Positions 21,094-30,762 of a stretch of DNA of 64,000 bases are shown here, in pieces (position 1 is the stretch's first letter; the number at the start of each line of letters is the position of its first letter). The stretch lies in assembly GCA_965213675.1 (NCBI GenBank), contig OZ243916.1:512001-576000 (forward strand), read 5' to 3'. The notes under the pieces are model-generated. The model was not told the DNA's origin. It saw nothing but the letters and a program-made list of their open reading frames with translations, and ran no database searches. Origin of the DNA: an uncultured Candidatus Binatia bacterium (GTDB taxonomy: Bacteria > Desulfobacterota > Binatia > UBA9968 > JAJDTQ01). A program made the translations under genes and the position numbers.

Positions 21094-21128
21094 AAAGGGC
21101 AGGTGTCGGATGACACCTGCCCTTTTTT
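21094..21128 (+). terminator. Intrinsic (probably bidirectional) terminator
   Basis: AAAGGGCAGGTGTC-GGAT-GACACCTGCCC-TTTTTT perfect stem between convergent operons. Confidence 0.85.
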
Positions 21129-21170
21129 CGTGATGGCGCGGATCGGCTCCGCTGGCCCGCGGAGGACGCG

Positions 21171-22100
21171 TCACGCGCGGATTTCCGTCCTCATGAACTT
21201 GATGTAGGCGATGCCGAAGCACACCGCTACCAGCGCCAGCAGCGTGAAGAACATGGGCAGGATCAGGCGCATGCTCTGCCCCAGGCTCAGGGGCGTGATG
21301 ATCAGTCCCTGTAGTTGTCCGAGTTGCTCGGGCAGCACTGGCACCAGCGTTCGCGCCACCGGATTGAGCAGCAGTCGCACCGACTCGCTGTACAATGTAC
21401 TCGGGGACATGCGTCCCAGAACGGTTTCGATGGTGGCCAGCCGGGTCACCTCGTCCGCCGTGGCCGGGTTCGGGATGATGAGACCGGCGACGAAACTCGC
21501 GAGCACACCGATGAAGATGCCGAGGAAGAGCCACAGGGCGATGGACGCCAGCGCAGCGGTGACGGTTCTCCGGAGCAGCATGGAGAGCAGCATGGCGAGG
21601 GCCAGCCAGAACCCGGTGTAAGCGATACCGACAATGGCGAAGAACAGCATCCGCCACAACTCCTCGGCATTGGGGAAGTACCCGATGAGGGTGATGCCGA
21701 GGCCGATCACGACGAGCAGGATCGATACCCACAGGATCGCCAGCGTGGTGAGGCCCGCCAGAAACTTGCCGTTGATCAGACTGTCTCGATAGATGGGCTG
21801 GGAGAGCACCCGGCTGAGTGTTCCGCGGCCGTATTCGCCGCTGATACTGTCGAATCCCAGGGTAATGCCCACCAGCGGGCCGAAGAACCCCAGGAATGTG
21901 GATAGCGAGAAGAAAATGGACTCCGTCGTGAGCAGCCTCAGAAAAACATGTTCGGTCGGATCGCCTTGCAGCGACGACTGGAGCCCCTGTCCGGCGAAGT
22001 AGACGGACAGGATGCCGGGCAGGATGATCAGGGCGAGCAGGATCATGAAGCGCAGGCTGCTGAAATGATCCTGAAGCTCTTTCCAATACACGACGAGCAT
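21171..22100 (-). CDS. ABC-2 type transporter permease
   Basis: LGFDSISGEYGRGTLSRVLSQPIYRDSLINGKF, multiple TM helices. Confidence 0.88.
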   Translation of the reverse strand: MLVVYWKELQDHFSSLRFMILLALIILPGILSVYFAGQGLQSSLQGDPTEHVFLRLLTTESIFFSLSTFLGFFGPLVGITLGFDSISGEYGRGTLSRVLSQPIYRDSLINGKFLAGLTTLAILWVSILLVVIGLGITLIGYFPNAEELWRMLFFAIVGIAYTGFWLALAMLLSMLLRRTVTAALASIALWLFLGIFIGVLASFVAGLIIPNPATADEVTRLATIETVLGRMSPSTLYSESVRLLLNPVARTLVPVLPEQLGQLQGLIITPLSLGQSMRLILPMFFTLLALVAVCFGIAYIKFMRTEIRA

Positions 22101-22102
22101 CG

Positions 22103-23035
22103 CTACGCCTCCCTGAAGTACTTGAGATAGATCTCTTCGAGCGTCGGGTCCTCGGAGCGGAGTTGCATCAGGTCGAGTCCCTGGTCCCGAATCAATGCCA
22201 TCAGCTCCGGCCGAACGTCGCGGGTACAGCGGATGAACCATCCCGCCGCCCGTCGTTCGCATTGGCCCACGCCGGGCAGGGCGCTCAGCATGTCCTCCAG
22301 GGGGTGGTCGCCGCCGACCTCCACCAGGAAGTTCCACTGGTGCTCGTTGAGGATGGCCTTGCCCAGATCGTCGGGACTGCCCTGCACCACCATGCGGCTG
22401 CTGACGATGATGCCGATGCGCTGGCACACCCGCTGCACCTGATGCAGAAGGTGGGAGCACAGCAGCACGGTGAGGCCGCGCTCCTGCCGGAGCGTGGTGA
22501 TCAGGCCGAGGAGCCGGGTCACCCCGTCCGGATCGATACCCAGGGTGGGTTCGTCCAGGATGATCACCTCCGGTTCCTTCACCAGCACTTCGGCGATGCC
22601 CAGCCGCTGTTTCATGCCGCGGGAGAACTCCCGCACCAGCCGGTTGCCGTCATTGGCCAGACCCACCTGGTCGAGTACCTGTTCCAGCAGGTTGCCGAGC
22701 CTGCCCTCGTCGATTCGGTTGAGCCGCGCGATGTAGGCGAGGTTTTCGTGCGCGGTGAGATCCTCGTAGAATCCCGGATTCTCCGGCAAATACCCCACGC
22801 GCCCCTTGACCTCCAACGGCTGGGTCTTGGGATCGAAACCGCACACCGACGCCGTTCCGTACGTGGGCTCCGTCAGCCCCAGGAGCATCAGGATCGTCGT
22901 CGTCTTGCCCGCGCCGTTGGGGCCAAGGAAGCCGAACACTTCGCCCCGGGGAATCTGCAAATCCAGTCCGTTGACCGCGACCTTGTCCCGGTAGCGCTTG
23001 GTCAATCCCTTGGTTTCGATGACGTAATCGCTCAT
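22103..23035 (-). CDS. ABC transporter ATP-binding protein
   Basis: GPNGAGKT, FSRGMKQRL, LDEPT. Confidence 0.92.
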   Translation of the reverse strand: MSDYVIETKGLTKRYRDKVAVNGLDLQIPRGEVFGFLGPNGAGKTTTILMLLGLTEPTYGTASVCGFDPKTQPLEVKGRVGYLPENPGFYEDLTAHENLAYIARLNRIDEGRLGNLLEQVLDQVGLANDGNRLVREFSRGMKQRLGIAEVLVKEPEVIILDEPTLGIDPDGVTRLLGLITTLRQERGLTVLLCSHLLHQVQRVCQRIGIIVSSRMVVQGSPDDLGKAILNEHQWNFLVEVGGDHPLEDMLSALPGVGQCERRAAGWFIRCTRDVRPELMALIRDQGLDLMQLRSEDPTLEEIYLKYFREA

Positions 23036-24264
23036 CGCCGTCCCAACCGGATGAACACCGCCGCGAGTCCGAGCACCACCACGCCCACGATGAAGGCCCC
23101 GATCCAGCCCCAGATGGTCGGCGTCGAAACCGTGATCCGGAAGTCGATGGATTTGGCCACGTCCGGGCTGTTGGTGGTCACCGCCAGCATGTAGTCGCCC
23201 GCCACGGCACGGTCCGGCGCGGTGACTTCCATCTTTACCTCGCGAACCTCTCCCGGATTGAGGGAGTCGACCTTGTCGGGGCGGAAGTTGACCTCCCACC
23301 CGTCGGGCTTCGACGAGATGAACGCCAGATTGGTGAGGGGCGCGGTGCCCGCGTTGGCGATCAGGAAATCCACCTGAGACTCTTCGCCGGCCGTGGCCGC
23401 TGCATTGAGCCGGCCCGTGGCCGTGCCCATGTTCAATTCCTGCGTGCCCGCAAGGGCGACCTTCAGGTCCACCTGCGCGGACAGCCCGGCAGCGCGCGCC
23501 CCGACGACGATGGGGTAGTCGCCAGGCTCTCCCTGGAGGGGCGGCTGAATCTCGACGCTCAGGGTTTCGGTGGAATCCTTCTTGAGCGCGATGGAGGATA
23601 TCTGCGTGTCTTCGAATTGTGGCTTGATCCGCACCACCCAGCCCGGAGGCGACTGTGCCGCCAGGGCAGTCGTCACCGGATTGTCGGTCTCGTTCTTGAG
23701 GTCGATGCTGAACTTGAACACCTGGCTGGTGTTACCGCTCAACACCGGGTACTGGCTCTCCATCTTGAGCCCCCCGGTATCGATCTTCTTGGCCGAGACG
23801 CGAAAGGCGACCTTGGCGTTCTCCGTCTTCTCCCCAGCGTCGTCGCTGGCGGTCACCGCTACCTCGTAATCCCCCGGCTCCACGTCGTCCGGGAGTTTGA
23901 CCTTGAATTCAAGGGTGGTGGATTTCTCCCCCTGAACCACGATCCCGGCCACTGGATAGCTCGGATACCGCGAATGAAACCCCGCGCTCCACCCGTCCGG
24001 CAGTGCGGTGGCTTCCAGTTCCACCCGCACCGTCGCCTTCCTCGGGTTGACGATCTCGGCATCCATTTCGAACTCCTGGCCGGGGCCCACGGTGATGCCG
24101 GTGTAGGCCATGATCAGTTCGAAGGGTTCCTTTTCCTCGTCCGGTATGTTGTCTGTCTGCGACGCACCGGTTTCCGCAGTCTCGTGCGCCGTGCCCGAAA
24201 GCGGCCAATGAACCGCCAGCACGGCCAGCAAAAGAAAGACAAGAAAAGCCTTGCTAGTCCTCAT
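23032..24264 (-). CDS. Exported Ig-like repeat (NEW3-type) protein with C-terminal membrane anchor
   Basis: Signal peptide, three repeats ending P.GW....PGDY, C-terminal TM plus RR; coupled to the ABC ATPase gene. Confidence 0.75.
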   Translation of the reverse strand: MRTSKAFLVFLLLAVLAVHWPLSGTAHETAETGASQTDNIPDEEKEPFELIMAYTGITVGPGQEFEMDAEIVNPRKATVRVELEATALPDGWSAGFHSRYPSYPVAGIVVQGEKSTTLEFKVKLPDDVEPGDYEVAVTASDDAGEKTENAKVAFRVSAKKIDTGGLKMESQYPVLSGNTSQVFKFSIDLKNETDNPVTTALAAQSPPGWVVRIKPQFEDTQISSIALKKDSTETLSVEIQPPLQGEPGDYPIVVGARAAGLSAQVDLKVALAGTQELNMGTATGRLNAAATAGEESQVDFLIANAGTAPLTNLAFISSKPDGWEVNFRPDKVDSLNPGEVREVKMEVTAPDRAVAGDYMLAVTTNSPDVAKSIDFRITVSTPTIWGWIGAFIVGVVVLGLAAVFIRLGRR

Positions 24265-24429
24265 GAAAGACCCCCATGGTGTGGTTTGCAAAGTGGTGTG
24301 GTTTCACCAGGTTCGAATTGGTTTCGCACAAGTTAAGCACGACCGGTGGGGGAGTCAATCCCACGACGGTCGTTGGGTTCGCGCTCCTTCCGCGTCCGGC
24401 CTGGGGGACGCGGTGCGCCATGGCCGTGG

Positions 24430-24882
24430 TTACAGCCGTCCAAGCTGCCGAAGCCCCTCGTAGAGCACGATGGAAACGGCGTTGGCGAGGTTCAGGCTTC
24501 TCACCGCCGGGCTCATCATGGGAATGACATAGCTGCGCGCCTCGTTGGCGTGAAGCAGCTTCTCCGGGAGACCTCGGGTCTCGGGTCCGAACACGAGAAA
24601 ATCGTCTTCCTCGAACCGCGCCGAGACATAGGATCGCGCGGCCTTCCTGGAGAAGAAATACAATTGTCCGCCGCCGTGGCGGTCCAGAAACTCCCGCCAG
24701 GAACCGTGCACCCGCAGGTCCACGTAGGGCCAGTAGTCCAGGCCGGCGCGCTTGAGGTGCCTGTCATCGAGCTGAAAGCCAAGGGGTTCGATCAGGTGCA
24801 GGGGACACCGGGTGGCGGCGCACAGGCGCGCCACCGAACCCGTGTTGGGCGGGATCTCCGGTTCGAAGAGCACGACGTTCAT
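24430..24882 (-). CDS. trmL: tRNA (cytidine/uridine-34-2'-O)-methyltransferase
   Basis: PEIPPNTG, KRAGLDYW, FGPETRGLP, RSLNLAN. Confidence 0.95.
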   Translation of the reverse strand: MNVVLFEPEIPPNTGSVARLCAATRCPLHLIEPLGFQLDDRHLKRAGLDYWPYVDLRVHGSWREFLDRHGGGQLYFFSRKAARSYVSARFEEDDFLVFGPETRGLPEKLLHANEARSYVIPMMSPAVRSLNLANAVSIVLYEGLRQLGRL

Positions 24883-24895
24883 GTTCTTCCTTCGC

Positions 24896-25357
24896 TCATG
24901 ACCGTTTCCCGGACGTCGCGCTGTCGATGAGGAACGTCACCGGCCCGTCGTTCACCAGAGACACCTTCATGTGCGCCTGGAAGGTCCCGGTGGCGACCCG
25001 CGGCCCGACGGCGCGCGCCAGCCGGTCCACGAAGTCCCGGTACAACCGGTCCGCCTCCTCCGGCGCGGCCGCGGCCGTGAGGGAAGGGCGGCGGCCCTTG
25101 CGGCAGTCGCCGTAGAGGGTGAACTGGGACACCACGAGGATCTCGCCCCGGGTGTCCAGGAGGGAACGGTCGAAGCGTCCGGCGGCGTCGGGAAAGATCC
25201 GAAGATGCAGCAGCTTGTCCGCGAGCCACGCGCCGTGTTCCTCGGAATCCCCCTTGCCGACCCCGAGGAACACGCACAGTCCGGGTCCGATGGCCGAAAC
25301 CGTCTCGCCGCCGACGCTCACGGCGGCCTGTTCAACGCGCTGTATCAGGATTCTCAT
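24896..25357 (-). CDS. dtd: D-aminoacyl-tRNA deacylase
   Basis: MRILIQRV, VVSQFTLYGD, KGRRPS, NDGPVT. Confidence 0.95.
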   Translation of the reverse strand: MRILIQRVEQAAVSVGGETVSAIGPGLCVFLGVGKGDSEEHGAWLADKLLHLRIFPDAAGRFDRSLLDTRGEILVVSQFTLYGDCRKGRRPSLTAAAAPEEADRLYRDFVDRLARAVGPRVATGTFQAHMKVSLVNDGPVTFLIDSATSGKRS

Positions 25358-25478
25358 CGGGTGCGTGCGGTGGCAGCCGGTTCCCCGGAGACGTTGACTT
25401 CCCAACACCCTTCCGACTAACAACAGCCGGACCATTGTTCAATAGACCGCGGTTCGTGGAGGCCCGGAAATACAGCGC

Positions 25479-26465
25479 ATGAGTACCATCCTCGTCACCG
25501 GAGCGTGCGGCTTCATCGGCTGGAAGGTGTGCGAGCTGCTGCTTGCCCGCGGCGATGCCGTCATCGCCGTGGATGACCGCAATCCGGCCTACGACGTGCG
25601 CCTAAAGGATTGGCGCTTGGCGCGACTCCAGGGGCAGCCGGGTTTTTCCTTTGCGCCCGCGGACATCAGCGATCGCGGGGCGATGCCGGCGCTGACGCAT
25701 GCCGTGGAGACACTCGGTCCGGTGGCCGCGGTGATCAATCTGGCCGCCCGGGCAGGGGTGCGCGCGTCGGTCGGCGACCCCTGGGTCTATTGTTCCACCA
25801 ACGTCACGGGAACCCTGAACCTTCTCGACCTGTGCCGTACGCGGGGTATCGGGAAGTTCGTGCTCGCGTCCACGTCGAGCCTCTACGGCGGCGACAACCC
25901 GCGCCCCTTCCAGGAGGACGCCGCCACCGACCGCCCCCTGTCGCCGTACGCCGCCTCCAAGAAGGCCGCCGAGGTCATGGCGCACACCTACCACGCCCTT
26001 CACGGCATCGACGTCACCGTGCTGCGCTTCTTCACCGTCTATGGGCCGGCGGGTCGCCCGGACATGAGCCTGTTCCGCTTCGTTCAGTGGATCAGCGAAG
26101 GGCAGGAGGTCGCGGTTTTCGGCGACGGTACGCAGCAGCGCGATTTCACCTACGTCGATGATGTCGCTCGGGGCGTCCTCGCCGCGGTGGCGGCCGCGCC
26201 CGGCTACGAAATCATCAATCTCGGCTCCGACCGCCCCATTGTCCTCAACGACGCCCTCCACCTGATCGAACGGCTCCTCGGCCGTCGCGCCGCCGTCCGT
26301 TACCATGATCGACACCCGGCGGACATGGACGCGACCTGGGCCGACATCTCCAAGGCCCGGCGTCTGCTGGGCTGGCAGCCCGAGACGGATTTCGCCACAG
26401 GCGTGGGCAGACTCGTGGACTGGTACCGCCGCAACAGGGACTGGGCCAGGGACATTGCCACGTGA
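25479..26465 (+). CDS. NAD-dependent epimerase (UDP-glucuronate 4-epimerase-like)
   Basis: TGACGFIG, LAARAGVR, YAASK, RFFTVYGPAGRPDM. Confidence 0.9.
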   Translation: MSTILVTGACGFIGWKVCELLLARGDAVIAVDDRNPAYDVRLKDWRLARLQGQPGFSFAPADISDRGAMPALTHAVETLGPVAAVINLAARAGVRASVGDPWVYCSTNVTGTLNLLDLCRTRGIGKFVLASTSSLYGGDNPRPFQEDAATDRPLSPYAASKKAAEVMAHTYHALHGIDVTVLRFFTVYGPAGRPDMSLFRFVQWISEGQEVAVFGDGTQQRDFTYVDDVARGVLAAVAAAPGYEIINLGSDRPIVLNDALHLIERLLGRRAAVRYHDRHPADMDATWADISKARRLLGWQPETDFATGVGRLVDWYRRNRDWARDIAT

Positions 26466-26642
26466 CGGAGACCCGGCGGAGAGTGGCTGCCGGGCGGCGT
26501 GGTGCGCCCGCAGTTCCCGGAGAGTCGCCAATCCCGCGCCTTGATGCTACATACTACGGTAGAGGATCGGCGGCCGTGCCGGCCCGCGGGACGCTTGCCC
26601 CCAGAACCGGATGAACCGGACAGCCCGATCCCCACGTCCCAC

Positions 26643-26735
26643 GGAGAGGTGACCGAGTCCGGCTTAAGGTGCACGACTGGAAATCGTGTGTACCCCAAAA
26701 GGGTACCAGGGGTTCGAATCCCCTCCTCTCCGCCA
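26643..26735 (+). tRNA. tRNA-Ser (GGA)
   Basis: GGAGAGG acceptor pairing with CCTCTCC-G-CCA, anticodon arm CACGA-CTGGAAA-TCGTG, long variable arm, GGTTCGAATCC T-arm. Confidence 0.96.
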
Positions 26736-26854
26736 CCCGATCCGCGCAACCGGGGGTTCCACTCGACCCTTTTCGATCCGTCCCATCCGTCATCGCGCCG
26801 CTTTCCGGTTTGCGCACCGCCGGAGACGCCGGCGGTTCCGGCCGCGGGAGGGCC

Positions 26855-28036
26855 ATGAAGACCGACCACAGAAACGTACTGGTCCTCGGTACTTGTCAGA
26901 TGCTGTCCGGCACGGGGCGCGGCCTCTTCATGGTGACGTCCCCGGCGGTGGCCCTCTTGATTGCACCGCATCGGGCGCTCGCCACCTTGCCGACCGGGCT
27001 GATCGTCGTGGGCGCGGCCCTCGCCGCCATGCCCACCTCGTTCTTCACGCGGCGGTTTGGACGCAGGATCGGTTTCCTTTGCGGCACCGCCCTCGCCGCG
27101 GCCAGCGGGATTGCCTGCATGGCCGCCGTCCTCTACCAGAACTTCCCGCTGCTGTTGCTGGGTGGTTTCCTGTACGGGTTGTTTTCCAGCTTTTCCCAAC
27201 TCTATCGGTTCGCGGTGGCCGACGCTGCCTCGGAGGATTTCCGTCCCAAGGCCATTTCCCTGGTGCTGGCGGGCGGCGTGTTCGCCGGCTTTGCGGGTCC
27301 CAACCTGGCCAATTGGGGCAAGGAGTTGCTGACGGGCCACCTTTACGCCGGCGCGTTCATGTTCATGATCGGCACCGGGCTGCTGGCGGCGCTGGCGCTC
27401 CTGTTTCTCAACATTCCGAACCTGACCAAGGCGCAACGGGAAGGTGAGCAGCGGTCGTTGCTGGAAATCGTCAAGCAGCCGGTATTCATCGTCGCCGCGG
27501 TCTCCGCGACGGTGGCTCAAAGCGTCATGAATTTTCTGATGACGGCGACGCCGGTGGCCATGATCGTGTACGGTGGCCACGATTTCGGTTCCGTGGCCAT
27601 CGTGCTTTCCTCGCACTCGGTGTCCATGTTCGCGCCCGGTTTCGTCACAGGCTCACTGGTCAAGCGGTACGGTGCGATCTCGATCATCTTCACCGGCCTC
27701 ACCCTCCAGGGCGCCTGCATCGCCGTCGCCCTGTTGGGCATCCACGTGGCCCATTTCTGGTTGGCGTTGGTCCTGCTCGGGGTGGGTTGGAATTTTACGT
27801 ACACCGCTGCCACCACCCTGATGACCACCGCCTACACCCCGGCCGAACGCAACAAGACGCAGGGAATGATGAATCAGATCATTTACACGGTGGTCGCCAT
27901 CGGGTCGCTGTCGTCCGGCGTGTTCATCCACTTCCTGGGCTGGACTTGGGTGAATATCGGCGCCACGCCGATGCTGCTGTTGGCCGCGCTCGTGACCATC
28001 TGGCATGTCGCCACAAAGTCGAAGGCTGCCGCCTGA
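26855..28036 (+). CDS. MFS transporter (RfnT-like)
   Basis: RRFGRRIGF, YRFAVAD, AISLVLAGG, MFAPGFVTGSL, LGVGWNF. Confidence 0.85.
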   Translation: MKTDHRNVLVLGTCQMLSGTGRGLFMVTSPAVALLIAPHRALATLPTGLIVVGAALAAMPTSFFTRRFGRRIGFLCGTALAAASGIACMAAVLYQNFPLLLLGGFLYGLFSSFSQLYRFAVADAASEDFRPKAISLVLAGGVFAGFAGPNLANWGKELLTGHLYAGAFMFMIGTGLLAALALLFLNIPNLTKAQREGEQRSLLEIVKQPVFIVAAVSATVAQSVMNFLMTATPVAMIVYGGHDFGSVAIVLSSHSVSMFAPGFVTGSLVKRYGAISIIFTGLTLQGACIAVALLGIHVAHFWLALVLLGVGWNFTYTAATTLMTTAYTPAERNKTQGMMNQIIYTVVAIGSLSSGVFIHFLGWTWVNIGATPMLLLAALVTIWHVATKSKAAA

Positions 28037-28062
28037 CCGGCTGCGAGGAGGACATCATTCCC

Positions 28063-28899
28063 GTGACAACCACGTTCCACGGCCTTCGCGCCACCGGTGA
28101 GCCTCTCCGTGACGGCGACTCGGTGATCTTCCTTGATCGCAAGGACCGGGAGTACCTGAAGACGCTTCGCGCCGGCGAAACCATTTCCATCCGGGGCGGG
28201 GCCATCCCCGTGGACGACCTGCTGGGCCGGTCTGACGGTTTCAGCGTGCGGTCGTCGCTCAAGGAGCGGTTCGTGGTCTTGCGCCCGACGCTGGAGCGCC
28301 TGATCCCGAACCTGCCACGCAAGGCCCAGGTGATCTATCCCAAGGACTTGGCGCTGATCTTGATGTGGGGCGACATCCATCCCGGCGCGACGGTGGTGGA
28401 GGCGGGGGTCGGCCCAGGGGCGCTCACGCTGGCGCTGCTGCGCGCGGTAGGGCCGGAAGGACGGCTCATCTCCTTCGAGATCCGGGAGGAACATGCCCGC
28501 GCCGCGGAACGGAACGTGGCGCGCTACTACGGCGCGGCGCCCCAGTGGACGCTGGAGGTGGGGGACGTTGCCGACGGCCTGCGGGAACTCACCGTGGACC
28601 GGATTCTTCTCGATCTCCCGGAGCCCTGGCGGCAAACCGATGTGGCGTGGCGGGCGCTAAGGCCCGGCGGCGTTTTCCTGGGCTACGTGCCGACGGTGCT
28701 TCAGGTGAAAGGATTTGTGGATTCGCTGAAGGAGCACGGCGGTTTTGCCTGCATCGATACCATGGAGACCCTGGTCCGTTACTGGCACGTCAAGGAGATG
28801 AGCGTTCGGCCGCAGCACCGCATGGTGGCTCACACCGGGTTCGTGACGACGGCTCGGCGCGTGGAGAGGGAGAGCGGCGCGGACCGGGTAGGCGGATGA
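28063..28899 (+). CDS. trmI: tRNA (adenine-N1, A57/58)-methyltransferase
   Basis: LRPTL..PRKAQVIYPKD, VEAGVGPGALT, LDLPEPW, RPQHRMVAHTGF. Confidence 0.9.
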   Translation: MTTTFHGLRATGEPLRDGDSVIFLDRKDREYLKTLRAGETISIRGGAIPVDDLLGRSDGFSVRSSLKERFVVLRPTLERLIPNLPRKAQVIYPKDLALILMWGDIHPGATVVEAGVGPGALTLALLRAVGPEGRLISFEIREEHARAAERNVARYYGAAPQWTLEVGDVADGLRELTVDRILLDLPEPWRQTDVAWRALRPGGVFLGYVPTVLQVKGFVDSLKEHGGFACIDTMETLVRYWHVKEMSVRPQHRMVAHTGFVTTARRVERESGADRVGG

Positions 28900-28926
28900 C
28901 GGCGCAGGGACGCGTCGCCTGCGGGA

Positions 28927-29286
28927 TCACTTCCTTTTTCGACAGCCCGCGCAGTAGCAGACGTGCGTTTCAGGGTCTTGCACCAGTCCTTCGTCGAGGT
29001 TGTGGCAGATTTTCTTGCACGCCAGACAGATGAAGTAGATGCCCTCGATGGTCTTGTTGATCTTCTCCCGGTTGAGGACGCGACCCTTGAGCTTCTCGAT
29101 GCGGATGCCCAAGAGATCTTCGTACTGCCGCTTGATCTTGAGCCGGCCGGCGGCGTCGCTCGGGAGCTCCTGATCAGCGGCGTCGTCGGCGGGTTCGTTC
29201 ACCGCGCCCTTGGACGTTCGCGTATTCCGAATCGCCTTCGTGGCCCTGGAAGCAGGCTTTTCCGTGCTGTCTTTGGCAAGAGTCAT
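28927..29286 (-). CDS. Hypothetical protein with Cys-rich C-terminus
   Basis: CLACKKICH...CYCAGC putative metal-binding motif. Confidence 0.65.
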   Translation of the reverse strand: MTLAKDSTEKPASRATKAIRNTRTSKGAVNEPADDAADQELPSDAAGRLKIKRQYEDLLGIRIEKLKGRVLNREKINKTIEGIYFICLACKKICHNLDEGLVQDPETHVCYCAGCRKRK

Positions 29287-29452
29287 GCGTGGTGCCGTTG
29301 ACGGATAGCCCTTCGATTCCGCTTTGTCAAACAGGCATTGGGTTGCCAGGCATCGGGTTCCGTGCGTTCCATCAAGGCGACGCTGGAGATCCCTGCCGCC
29401 TTCGTCCGCGCCAACCCTCGTCCGCGTCCTGTATCTCCGTTACGAATCCCCG

Positions 29453-29914
29453 TTACGACAGGCCGACCCATACCGTGACCGACAGGAACAGCAGCATCAG
29501 CACGGACGACTGATCCAGCTTGCGCAGCACCCGATCCACCCCTTCGGCGGTGACGCCCTCCGGCGATTCGGATTGCCTGACGAAGCGGTGGGCGATGCCC
29601 ATGCACTGCCACGTCCCCAGCATGATGACACAGAAGGCCAGCAGCAGTTTGACGGCCAGGCCGGCGCCGAACTCCTGCGAGTAGGCCGAGCCGTGCAGCG
29701 CCTTGAGATCGGTGATCTGGGAGGCTCCGGTCAGGGTCAGAACCCCCAACAGGCCGATCTGCGCGGGGTTGTAGAGCCGCAGCGCGCGCACCAGAAACCG
29801 CGTCCGGGCTTCGCTCCCGGGCTCCAGCCGCAACGCCGGCAGCAACACGCGCCAGAGCCCCGTCACCAGTCCGATGTGCAGGGTCAGCGAGATTATGTGG
29901 AAATCCGCGGCCAA
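29453..29914 (-). CDS. Small membrane protein (CopD/DUF2269-like)
   Basis: About 4 TM helices; GVLTLTG and LAVKLLLA pattern. Confidence 0.55.
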   Translation of the reverse strand: MAADFHIISLTLHIGLVTGLWRVLLPALRLEPGSEARTRFLVRALRLYNPAQIGLLGVLTLTGASQITDLKALHGSAYSQEFGAGLAVKLLLAFCVIMLGTWQCMGIAHRFVRQSESPEGVTAEGVDRVLRKLDQSSVLMLLFLSVTVWVGLS

Positions 29915-29934
29915 ACTGTACGGCGGAGCGAACG

Positions 29935-30762
29935 CTAACCGGCGACCTTGGAGCGCCAGCTCAGGAGCGCCCGCTTGGCGATCTGTTTCCCCGGGGCCTG
30001 ATAGTCCGCGGTGAGTCTGGCCAGGCGTTTGCTGAACTCGTCGAGTTGCTTCTGCCGGTCCTTGTCGAATGCCGTCAGTTCACGTGCGCGTCGTTCCTGG
30101 AAATGCTGCAGTTCGCGCTGGCGATTCTCCAGGAATGCCGCAAGGTCGGCGTTCCACTGGTCATGGAACTGCTGCACGGTGGTGCGCACCAGATAGTTGA
30201 GATCGTCCTTGACGACCGTGGACTTGAAGCAAGCGGGACAGAACAAAACGTTGCCGATGGTCAGGCGGCCTGTCTCCACCTCGTAGGTGGCGTTGCAGGC
30301 ATAGCAGTGCAGGGACACGGGCCACTCGTCCGGGGGCGGCGCGGCGACGGAGGGTTGGGACGCGTCGGCATATACGGCGGCGGGAGCCCCGACGGGTTGG
30401 GGCGCGCCTTGGGGAGGCGCGCTGGCGGTGGGGGCGGCCTCAGCGGTCGCGGCGGCGGCGGCTGGGGCGGCTCCGCCCTCGCGGAACCGGGATTCGAAGG
30501 TGTCGCCGAAATCGGTGTCGGCGTGGATGGTGCGCGCCCGGCCGATGAGCGCGTCCTCGGTCTCCACGTTGTTGGGGTCGGTCACGCAGCAGTCCACGGG
30601 GCACACCGCCGCGCACGCTTCGTAGTCGTGAAAGCCCACGCATTCGGTACAGAGCAGCGGGTCGATGATGTAGATCTCGTCGGCCTGGGTGATGGCGTTG
30701 TTGGGGCATTCCGGCTCGCACGCGCCGCAGTTGATGCACTCGCTGGTTATCATGGTGGCCAT
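29935..30762 (-). CDS. YfhL-family 2x[4Fe-4S] ferredoxin fused to a Zn-ribbon/coiled-coil C-terminal domain
   Basis: MATMITSECINCGACEPECPN...CTECVGFHDYEACAAVCPVDCC; AGGAGG RBS; Ala/Pro linker, then CYAC..CPAC. Confidence 0.88.
   Translation of the reverse strand: MATMITSECINCGACEPECPNNAITQADEIYIIDPLLCTECVGFHDYEACAAVCPVDCCVTDPNNVETEDALIGRARTIHADTDFGDTFESRFREGGAAPAAAAATAEAAPTASAPPQGAPQPVGAPAAVYADASQPSVAAPPPDEWPVSLHCYACNATYEVETGRLTIGNVLFCPACFKSTVVKDDLNYLVRTTVQQFHDQWNADLAAFLENRQRELQHFQERRARELTAFDKDRQKQLDEFSKRLARLTADYQAPGKQIAKRALLSWRSKVAG

Noticed and set aside
26643-26860. Prophage or island integrated at tRNA-Ser
   Set aside because: No integrase and no duplicated tRNA 3' end seen in the window
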